The notes under the pieces are model-generated. The model did not search any database. It was not told the DNA's origin and saw only the letters and a list, made by a program, of their open reading frames with translations. Below are positions 39,358 to 50,084 of a DNA stretch of 64,000 bases, one piece after another; position 1 is the first letter of the stretch; every line of letters starts with the position of its first letter. Origin of the DNA: Saccostrea echinata (Eukaryota). Both the position numbers and the translations under genes were made by a program. Location of the stretch: assembly GCF_033153115.1 (NCBI RefSeq), contig NW_026889779.1:8432001-8496000 (forward strand), read 5' to 3'.

Positions 39358-39438
<81 letters not shown>
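39358..39438. repeat. (TA)n microsatellite, 81 bp (right flank of MITE)
   Basis: Directly visible. Confidence 0.97.
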
Positions 39439-39444
<6 letters not shown>

Positions 39445-40280
39445 ACATGATGCATGTATTTAAAACTTTCTTTTCTTCTAAAATAAATTGACTTCAAGAA
39501 ATTCAAATCGGGTGGTATTCTCGACTGGCTCTGTTGTATTACTCTGAAACAAAGCAATATTAGTTGGTTGATTCATCATTTTCTCTGCTTGCAAAATCGG
39601 AAGATTTTCAAGCATGCACAGTTTTCAATGTTATTAATGTTCAGTTTCATAAACCCGTCTTTACCCAAACTCTTAATTCGAAAATATTCGAAAACGTGAA
39701 AACGTGAAAATTTCAATGAGTAAAGATTATTCACGTGAAAAAAAATGTTTTGTTATGCTTTAATGCAGTATAAAAACATCTTTGTCTGTAGAAGAAGTTG
39801 TGCAGTAAGTTGTGGTGTCACTACTTAAAGATTACTTCCATCGAATGAGGCAAGTACAAAACATTTGAAGTAATAGCAATTACTTTCCGAAACAGTGTCA
39901 TAAAATATTCAATATAGCTCATCTTAACGCCATTGCATGACAGCGTTTCTGGAAAAAAATAACAGATACAAAATGGTTCATCTTCACTTTGTACTAACAA
40001 AAGTAACACTTGACAAACAAAAATTTAATAGCATACTGAGAGTTGAACTTGTTCATACCGTCTGTTCCCGTACCTTTCTTCACTCGGTGCACCTAGAAAA
40101 CTTCAACTCACACTCAAACAATTAGAGTTGGCACATTTTTGTCCATTGAGAAGAAGCCTGATTTTGCGTTTACAAGATTTTTTTTATCCAGCAATTGAAA
40201 CCCAACACATTAAAAACAGAGAGATCAATCAATAATACATTGTTGCAAAAAGTATCTGTCAAAGGCTCAGTTTAACATTT

Positions 40281-41350
40281 AACAAGAGGTATATGGACAA
40301 CAACGCTCACCTAAGTCACATTGGCCCAGCAGATTTAAAAAAAAAAAAAAAAAATTCTCTCCTTAATGTCATTCATCTTTTGACTCCTTGTTGTGGACCA
40401 AAATTTTAACCTAAAGAAATTATTATTTATTCCAAGTATTCAACACAACAGTGATATACTTCAATTTCAATACGATCAACATGGTACTGTTCCAAGACTT
40501 CTTCTTTTTCTTAATTTGGATTTCTGGTTTCAGCTCAACTCTACCCCATGGCCCATAATTTGAAAAAAAACACATCTTAAGTATGTATTGCTTATTAAAA
40601 GCTTATTGCTTATTAAAAGGATTTAGTGTGCAACTCTTTAAAGATTCTGTCCTATATACAATTTACTCCCTTGTAAAACTCTGATCACCTATTGTAGTCT
40701 CAATCTATTCTCGAAGGGGTCATGATTTGAACAAACTTTTATCTGCGTATATACACTACCTGAGAATGATTCAATATAAATATGACTAATCATGGATTTG
40801 ATTTCTTCTTCGGAAGATTTTTTTTAAAAAAAGTTCCCATACATTCCTTTGATTGCCTATTGTGCCCCCGCCGTAGCCCCGGGGTCATGATTTGAACAAA
40901 CTTGAATCTATACTACATGAGGATGCTTCAATATATAAATATGACTAGTCTTGGCTTTGCTGTTCTTGAGAAGATTTTTAAATTTTTTGTCTCATAGATA
41001 CCTACTTAAACATTGATCTCTTATTATTGTACCCTCGTTCTATCACCCTGGGGTTCATAATTTGATCAAACTTGAATCTACACTATCTGAAGATGCGTCA
41101 TATAAACATGACTAATCATGGCTATGCTGTTCTTGAGAAAATTTTAAAAGATTTTTTCTTATATATTCCTACGTAAAACTTCTATATTGTGGTCCCGCCC
41201 TAAAGCCCCGGGGGTCAGATTTTGAACAAACTTGAATTTACACCGTGTAATAAAGCTTTCACTTAAGTTTCATCCTTTCTGGCCCAGTGGTCCTTGAGAA
41301 GATTTTTATAAGATGTCATTAATTTTTCACTAATTCTTTTAAATGATCTC
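40281..41350 (+). mobile_element. HINE/Helentron-like element with about 165-bp internal tandem repeats, 3' truncated
   Basis: 5' AACAAGAGG...GCTCACCT. GGGGTCATGATTTGAACAAACTT-like motif at 40716, 40881, 41050 and 41211. Confidence 0.8.
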
Positions 41351-41663
41351 CCAAAGAGATAATGGCTTCGCAATATTCATGACGTCATAAATCTAGTTCA
41401 ACGTCCCACTGGATTGCGCAGCCTGTGTAATACTGACTAGGCTCGTAAATTATCGTGTATTGTTTTGAATTTTAAAGTTAAATCAATTATGTTCTATACA
41501 TAAAAAATATTGCACTTATTTGGCAGTGTGGCATAAAAAATTTAGCCTGTGTCGATAAACAAAATCCGTATTTTTGACGTTATCAAGAAATAAGATTTAC
41601 GTCAGACTGGGCCGTGCGGCTTTTATATACGCCTTTAACGTTCGTCAAATAGTATGTATTGTT

Positions 41664-41705
<42 letters not shown>

Positions 41706-42532
41706 AAATAAAATCATAAACTCCGAAACGGGTGCACCAGAGTTCTTACTAGTCCTCTAACAATACACTATATACAAGATGATGTCCGTAAACTATAATT
41801 AGATTTAACTCGCATAGTAAGTATCGTACATTAAATTAAAAGTTTACTTTCATTTTCCATAAACAGCCATGAAATAGAACAAACCTGAGTAAGGTTACGT
41901 TTCCGGTTGGCGGATCTAAGTTACTGGCAATTTTTAATGAAACTGACAGCAAGCAATCGTTTATTTATTTCATAAAACGTAATCACTGCATTATTCAATC
42001 GAAACTTAATTTAAATGATATAAAAGAAAAAAAATGTGATAACCGATTAAAAAGGGAAATGTGCAAATTATTTTCGTCATTCGCCGATCTTAAAACATCA
42101 TATAGCATCGAGCCCGATGTTAAAAAGAAAAACGAGGCGATTATAGCTGCGTGATTAACATAAAAATAAGCTTTCGTGTGAATGGTCATTGAAATAATGG
42201 TAAATTATTGATAACACTATAAGTTGTGAATATATTTATATATCGAAAGACTATTACATATATGTAGTAGATTTTCCTAATAAATTTATCGGTAAAATTT
42301 GTATATATTCCTTACTGAGAGCATCGTGGCAGTGAACCCGAAGTATAATTTGTACTTCGTAATAAACTTGCTCACATGAAAAGAGAAAATCAATGAATAT
42401 ATATGTAATCTTCAAATACAATTAAAGCTGTAAAATTTTGTGCTTTAATAAATACATCCCCCCTCTTTTTTTTATACATCAAATACTCGGCCTTTTCATA
42501 GGACGTTAAAAGCTAATTTTTACATAGACCTT

Positions 42533-42657
42533 GTACTTGGGTCTTGGTTTATAAATATGTATGTACCTTACTGATATGTAAAAAAAGTAAAGTACTGTAC
42601 ATTTTTTTTTTACATATCAAACGGTACATACATATTTATAAACCAAGACCAAAGTAC
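42533..42657. repeat. 125-bp imperfect palindrome
   Basis: GGTCTTGGTTTATAAATATGTATGTACC pairs with GGTACATACATATTTATAAACCAAGACC, and TGATATGTAAAAAAA pairs with TTTTTTTACATATCA. Confidence 0.85.
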
Positions 42658-42879
42658 CTGTGAATTTTTACCTCCCCCCCCCCCCAAAAAAAAATTATCA
42701 GTAAAATGTGCATATTCGCTGCTTATTATCCTTGACGGAAATGAAATTAGAGCATCTGAAGTACAATATCCATAACATAGTATAACAGGTTTAGCAATAA
42801 ACGTCATTTAATGAAATTGTTATTTTTCAAGATTTTACAAAAAAGGGGGTGGTGGTGGTGGTGGTGGTGGAGACATACA

Positions 42880-43041
42880 TCTACTTCTTGCGGGATTTTG
42901 AACAAAGTATTTCTTCCTGCTATAAGCCTGTAGGCTGTCAGTAGAAACTACAAAATATTTTCTGTCAGTAGTCGCATAAATTCAATTCTTTCGGTAGTGG
43001 CATAAATTCGATTCCCCGCGCTTACGCGGGATTTCACCTAG
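42880..43041 (+). mobile_element. Possible short non-autonomous Helitron
   Basis: 3' hairpin CCCGCG-CTTA-CGCGGG followed 7 nt later by CTAG|T. Candidate 5' end A|TCTAC at 42880. Confidence 0.5.
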
Positions 43042-43857
43042 TTGATAAAAAAAAAAGTAGTAGTGAAACCTGAGGCACGTCAATTAATGATGGATAATAA
43101 TTATTCATCAATCAATCAATCAATATTCAATAAATTCATCAATATTCAGTTGCGCGCGCATCATTTCAAGAGGTGCACTTTGATAAATGGTAGAATATAT
43201 TCACTACACATATATATTAATCCGATTTTGTAAAAATAGAAAATTCATTTAGCTTCTTTATAAAGGCATATATGTTTTAGTAATAAAAATGAATGTATAT
43301 TGTTGAAGAGGTAATTATTTGGTTCTTATTTTAAAGTTTACATGGCTGCTGTATATACTGTAAAATTTTAACTACATACATATAATTATCGATTGGGTTT
43401 CTTTCCTAAGAAACATGCTTCAAACTTGAATAACAACAGTGGCACTAAGAGGGAATGCAACTCTGCAATATATACTTTTCCTTAGGTCCCATCTGCATAA
43501 AGACAAGAAAACAAAAATGATAATTAAACACAATGTATAAACACAGGATCAACTATAATAAATCACCCAACAAAATGCCAACCTAGCTGATAAACCTGTC
43601 TAAGTGAACAGTCCTGTAGTTTCCGACAAAATCGCAACTATCTAGATCTAAAGATCACAAAGTTACAGAGACACCTTAACTACATTATTAAGTCACAGAG
43701 ACAAACTAACGTCAACAAGACACTAAATAAGAAAATTATTTTAATTCAACACATACATATTAAAATGCACAAATATGACATGTGGAATTGGGCGTGGGAT
43801 TGTTAGAAGATATGGGTTACATAAATCACTAGAAGGGAGGTTTTGTAACTATAGAAA

Positions 43858-45257
43858 AACAAGATGTGTTTGTGAAACACTGATGCCCCTGTATGGCAGC
43901 TTATAGCGAAGGTTGAAGTTTCTTAAATGCAATTCAAACTCCAAAGTCAAGAGATCAAAAATGTTGTACCCAAAGAAAGGACCTGTGTCAATGGATATAC
44001 CTGGTAAATATGAAAGCCCAAGCACCAACCATTCAAAACTTATAGTCAAGGTTTATTTTTTCTCAAAGTAGGTAAACTCCAAGGTTAAGGTCAAGGGGCA
44101 AAATTAATGGTATGCAGGAGAAGACCTTGTCATAAGAAATACACTTGCAAAATATATACGCCCTAGTACCAACTGTTTCAAAAGTTATGGCAAAGGTTAA
44201 CGTTTTTCAAAAGTATGTCAAACTCAAATGTCAAGGTAAAAATTATTGGTATCCCACGGAAGGTCTTGTCACAAGGAATACACCTATGAAATATGAAAAT
44301 CCTAGTACTAATTGTTTCAAAAGTTACGGCCAAGGTTAAAGTTTTTAAAAATTGGGTCAAAGTCAAAAATATTTTCACCCATGGAAAGGTCTTGTCACAA
44401 TATTAAATACACATGTGAAATATGAGAGCCCTAGCACCAACTGTTCAAAAGGTATGGCCAAGGTTAAAGTTGGGTAATTTTTTGGCAAAAATGGGTCAAA
44501 CTGTAAGGTCAAGAGGACAAATATGTTGGTACCCAAGGGGAATCCTTGTCACAAAGAATACACATGTGAAATTAGTCCGAAATATCTGACGTTTTCCGCT
44601 TTTTTTCACGATTTTGATATTTTACGTGCCAGGAAAACGTAAGAACCGGCGCCATTACGAAAACTGGAAAATTCGCCGTCTCCATTCGGAGTTGATTTTC
44701 GATACCTGGGAACCGAATCAAATGCCGTTTTCACAATTTATCAATAGCACAATGCTTCTACTGCCTTCTAGTACTCAACAATATCGATGGAAAGAAAACA
44801 CCACTTATCATTTCGGTACAGGACTTGAAAAATTTTAAAATGCACGAAATGAAAAAAAAATCTCGACAGTCAGATAAAATATTTTCATCGGATTGTATAT
44901 TTTATAAACAAACCATAAAAACCGATTTTGGTGAGTACTAAAAGCATTGTACTATTGATAAATTGTGAGTTTGGCATTTCATTCGCTTTGCAAGTATCGA
45001 AAATCAACCCGAGAATGCCGCCTCTGGTTGGAGGCGGCAAATACCCAGTCTTCGTAATGGCGCCGGTTCTGACGTTTTCCTGGCATGTAAAATATAAAAA
45101 TGGTAAAAAAAGCCAGGAAAACGTCAGATATTTCGGACTAATGTGAAATATGAAAGCCACGGCAATAATAAAGTTTTAGCGGACAAACAGACAGACAGAT
45201 GGACGGACTTGGCAAAAACTATATACCCCCGAATCTTCGATTACAGGGGCATAAAAA
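43858..45257 (+). mobile_element. Complete HINE/Helentron-like element with about 140-bp core repeats; hosts a nested TIR element
   Basis: 5' AACAAGATGTGTTTGTGAAACAC. About 5 copies of CTTGTCACAAGGAATACACATGTGAAATATGAAAGCCCTAG. (GACA/GACG)n, then 3' hairpin CCCCCGAATCTTCGATTACAGGGG and an A-run. Confidence 0.82.
44573..45140. mobile_element. 568-bp foldback transposon with about 215-bp TIRs and 9-bp TSD (AcademH- or Mutator-like)
   Basis: ATGTGAAAT|TAGTCCGAAATATCTGACGTTTTCC ... GGAAAACGTCAGATATTTCGGACTA|ATGTGAAAT. Confidence 0.9.
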
Positions 45258-45778
45258 TACTGGGTGTTTCGATATTATCAACTCTATTTTTTATTATATG
45301 TGGGCAAAGTCACAGTTTGATGTGCTTTAGAAAATTTGAAATTCTTTTATTTCTCAACCAAAAAAAAAAAAGGGAAGGCCTGACCTTTTATTCATTTCAT
45401 TAACAATCTACAAAAATAAGAGATGGGAAGAGAAATGAAACAATCACATACATGTAGCCCAAAAGTGTTGTCTGAGACAAAACGAATCATAATAAAATTA
45501 CTAAAAATAAATTCAAATGAACAATTCTTTTCATAAAACAGGTGACACAAGCATGATTAAAAATTTTGCAATAAGAAATTGAAGATAATTTGAAGAAATA
45601 TTGGATTTCGATTGATTTTTTAACGCCCTACTGAGACCTAACCAACTAAAGGTGGGATGCTTGTTCTCTGCAATCAAGCCAATATAGGCCTGCAATTAAT
45701 ATTCTTAAATGTGCCAAATGCGACACGATTTTTAACTTCTCGAATAACGTATGAGTATAAAATATTGTCAAAGAACTA

Positions 45779-46393
45779 GGAATCGTCTTCATGTATTTTT
45801 TTTTTCACCCGGAACACCTCTTGATGAATTTTGCCTACAGAGGACACCTCTTCATGTATTTTTCCACTGTTAACACCTCTTGATGAATTTTGTCCACCCA
45901 AAACACCTCTTCATTGACCTTATCCATTTGGAATGCCTCTTTATGAACCTTGTCCTCCAAAATGACTCCCCATGTACCTTATCCACCGGGAACAACTCTT
46001 CATAAACATTGTCCTCCAAGAACGACTCTTCATGTATCTTATCCACCAAGAACACCTCTTCATTGACCTTGTCCACCGGGGACACCTCTTCATAAGCCTT
46101 GTCCACCGGAGACACCTCTTCATGGATTTTGTCCACCGTGAACGACTCTCCATAGACCTTGTCTGCCAAGAATGACTCTTCATGTACCTTACCCACCGGA
46201 AACGACTCTTCATGGACTTTGTCCTCTAAGAATGACTCATTATGTACCTTCTCCATCGGGAACACCTCTTCATGAACCTCGTTCACCGGGAATGCCTCTT
46301 CATGAACCTTGTCCACCTATCTCTATAGCTAACCAAGACACCTCTACATGGACCTTGTCCACCGGGAACACCTCTTCATGGACCTTGTCCACA
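45779..46393. repeat. 30-bp minisatellite array A, about 20 units (GAACACCTCTTCATGGACCTTGTCCACCGG)
   Basis: Periodicity is visible directly and in ORF 45870-46316 as DKVHEExFPV decapeptide repeats. Confidence 0.92.
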
Positions 46394-46959
46394 ATGGAAT
46401 ACTCCTAGTTATTTTGTGAATTAACAATGAAAGATCAAGAAGTCTCAAACCAATTGGAAGCTAATAATACCGGTATTTCACAACCACCTGGCACTGACAG
46501 CACTTCCCTTGATGGAATTAAATTTGAGCGTCTTTTTGTGATAGTAAAATGAGTGGCGTATAGGAAGTATATTCATTAATAAAATAACATGATTCAGCAT
46601 CATACGTGCAATTATAAAACATAAGATAATAAAATAAGATAATTTGAAGAAATATTGGATTTCGATTTGATTTTTTAATGCCCTACTGAGACCTAACCAA
46701 TTAAAGGTGGGATGCTTGTTCTTTGCAATCAAGCCTAAGCCTGTAATTAATGTTCTTAAATGTGCCAAATGCGACACGATTTTTAACTTCTCTATCGAAT
46801 GATGTTTTTGTTTATTTCTAAATTAAGAGTCCTAGTGTCAAACTTTAAGCATATTGTCAAATAATGTCTTAATGTGTTTCAATACTCTTACTTAAGTATA
46901 ATGGTCCTTCGTAAAAAACATTAAACTATAATTTTGTATGAGTATAAAATTTTGTCGAG

Positions 46960-47401
46960 GAACCATTAACCCTTTTCATGTTTTTTTTTTTGTCCACCGG
47001 GAACGTTAACACCTCTTCATGAATTTTGTCCACCGGGGACACCTCTTCATTGACCTTATCCATCGGAGACACCTCTTTATGGACCTTGTCGACCGGGAAC
47101 ACCTCCTTATGTACCTTATTCACCTGGAACGACTCTTCATGGACCAGTCACCTTATCCTCCATAGAAAAAATCTTCATGTATCTTCTCCATTGGTAACAC
47201 CTCTTCATGAATCTTGTCTACCTGGAACACCTTTTCATGGACTTTAGCCAAAGGGAACGACTCTTCATGGACCCTGTCCTCCATGAATGACTCTTCATGT
47301 ACCTTCTCGACCGGGAACACCTCTATATGAACCTTGTTCACCTGGAACACCTCTTCATGGACCTTCTTCACCGGGAACGACTCTTCATGGACCTTGTCCA
47401 T
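46960..47401. repeat. 30-bp minisatellite array B, about 14 units, paralogue of array A
   Basis: Same unit, with flanks homologous to those of array A. Confidence 0.92.
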
Positions 47402-49448
47402 AATTGAATACTATTTATTATTTTGTGAATTATCAATGAAAGAACAAGAAGTCTCAAACCAATTGGAAGATAACGATATTTCAAAACCACCTGGCACTGA
47501 CAGCACTTCTCTTGATGGAATTCAATATGATCTTTCTGTCACTATGAAGAAATATCCTGATTTAATAATGGAATAAGAAGTATTGCATATTGTCATCAAA
47601 AACAAGGTCATTGCTCAGAAATATAAACTTAATGACCATTTATAGTTTCAGGCATGATTTTTTTTTGGGGGGAGTGAAATTATTTAGATATGCTAATACA
47701 ATGTATTTAGTGTTGTAATGTGTAATTACATCTCTAAAAGCTTCAGAATAGAAATAGCTTAAGCGTCCAATAGAGCCTTCTTCTCCCATTTTTTGTTGTA
47801 ATGATTCTGTAATGGTCATTATGATACAAGGGAAGGTTTGGTAATGTATCCTGGGGAAAGAGCAATTATAACCACGCATGCATTAGAACGCAGTTAGGAT
47901 AAAACATGCTGATGCAAATTGTATATAGTTTAATTCATCTACAGGTATTCAGCAAAAAAAAAATTAAAAAAAAAAAAATTAAAAGGGTTTCTATTCCGTG
48001 TTTGTGACCATAAGATGTGTATATTCAAGGAAGCTGTTATCATATATAAGATAGGATAACAAATTAACATCTCAATTTTTTGGTTTGTCATTAATATTCC
48101 TACTTTTTCAGAATGCCGGTTTAAGTTAATCATCTTGCAAAAACAAACACCTTGTTTGAACGAAAAGGCACAAAAATGGGTAAAAATGGAAACTTTTTGT
48201 CAACAAAGAATTTAATCTAACAATTCTTTGATCATTTTTAGCTTAACCTGAAACTGGCATTATAACATGTATGGATAAAGGACTTTCCAAAGGTGATCTA
48301 GTAGAGAAAGACAAAATTTCATCGATAAAAAAAAATAAGATTCGGAGTGTAATTTCAAATAACAATCAAAAGCCGACATGTTTATTAATTTTGTCCATAC
48401 GATGGTTTTTCATGTCGTTAAAGGTTTTGATCCTTTTGCGCATTCCATTGTGATCATTATCTTTTTCACAAAGTCATTTACGTGAGCGAACAATAAATTT
48501 GAGCGTCTTTTTGTGATAGTAAAATGAGTGGCGTATAGGAAGTATATTCGTTAATAAAATAACATGATTCAGCATCATATGTGCAATTACAAAACATATA
48601 TACCTATGATCAGAAACCTAGTATGTTCTTTTCGGGACACGTCTTTGTTAATTTCTACTTTTGAAGCATTGCCTTGTTAACATTTAAAAAGTACATTTTT
48701 ATCTAGTGAACATTACAGTCATGTTTGTAAATGCATGGATTGATGCATTCGATAACCCCCTCCAAACTTGTTGAGGCAATTTTACCTCATGAAATATGAT
48801 TGATGCTTTCCGTCTCCCCGTGGAAGAAGTTAAAACAAAAAGGTAATAATAGTAACCGAGTATAATTGATTTGTTTGTCAGATTTCATCAGTTACTTTTA
48901 TATCAAAGGAAAGGTTGAGTAAAAATCCATTGTGCTGAAATGCATTTAAAAAAAATAAACATAAAATCAAATTTGATATACATGTATATGTATATCTCCA
49001 ACACAATCTAAAAAATAAAAAACAAAGTAGTAAAATTGCAATTCAGATACATGTGAGAGAAACAATTTCTTATTTTATTGATACAGGTACCACTGCAATG
49101 CTGCAGTCGTGTGTGGATTATTTACTCAACAAGTAGAGGCTGCGGGAGTTGCAGCTTTCTGACGCATTCTTTGCTGGACATGTTATACAAATGATTAAAG
49201 GTTTGACAATTTATTGACAATATTCTACCATGTACAGCAGCTGCCTGTTGAATATGTCAGTAAAATCTGCGCTCTTCCTCAAATGATTTTCCCCGAGGAG
49301 TACACATTGTTATTAAGCGGAAATCTCCAAGTACTTTTTGATATTGTGCTTCATTCAAGGGACATGAATAGAAAAATAATAATTCAAGACTAATCCAAAG
49401 AAAGTTCAAAGAAATACAAATGGTAGGTTATTCCTGGAGAAAACTTAA

Positions 49449-49495
49449 CCGCCTCCCCTGTGACGTCATCGGTGTATAACGCATATATATATAAC
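49449..49495 (+). promoter_or_regulatory. CCKR core promoter: GC-rich box, full CRE palindrome and TATA-like element
   Basis: CCGCCTCCCC, then TGACGTCA at 49461-49468, then ATATATATATAA at about 49483-49494, roughly 240 bp upstream of the ATG. Confidence 0.6.
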
Positions 49496-49729
49496 AGCAG
49501 TTACCGGAGGCTGACAATCGAGAGTTTATTGTATTAGATGAAAAGCTTAAGATGATATTGGTTTTTGAGAACTGCCAATTAGCGGACAGAATCCTATTTC
49601 TTTAACTGGTAAACAGAGAAGGAGTTATCAGACAAATTCAGGACCATTTAATTTCCGAACTAATCCAATAACAGCCTTAAAACTTTATTCCTCTTATTTT
49701 CTGGTCGCTGATATTCTTCAAAGGTTATA

Positions 49730-50084
49730 ATGGAATTCGAGAATCTGTCGATGACCACAACAGCGTTAGACAGTTTCGTCAATGATAGCGTATACCCCCG
49801 CTTAAATGGAACTATTATGCACTCTGGTTTTGACAAAGATGGGTATATAAGGATTTCGCTGTACAGTATTATTTTTATACTAAGTGTACTTGGAAATGGA
49901 CTGGTGATACTAACTCTGGTTCAAAACAGCAGGATGAGAACTGTCACCAATGTGTTTCTTTTGAACCTGAGCGTTAGTGACTTACTTCTAGCAGTCTTCT
50001 GTATGCCCTTTACAATCATTCCACAGCTTATGAGAAAATTCATTTTTGGCGAAATCATGTGCATTACCATTCGATATTTTCAAG
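49730..50084 (+). CDS. CCKR: Cholecystokinin/sulfakinin-type receptor, coding exon 1 (N-terminus to start of TM3)
   Basis: LYSIIFILSVLGNGLVILTLVQNSRMRTVTNVFLLNLSVSDLLLAVFCMPFT...FIFGEIMC...YFQ is typical of CCK/SK receptors. N-glycosylation sequons NLS, NDS, NGT. Donor G|GTATGT, phase 1. Confidence 0.93.

Noticed and set aside
37506-39557. Several ORFs with YIYIYI runs
   Set aside because: They are translations of (TA)n microsatellites.
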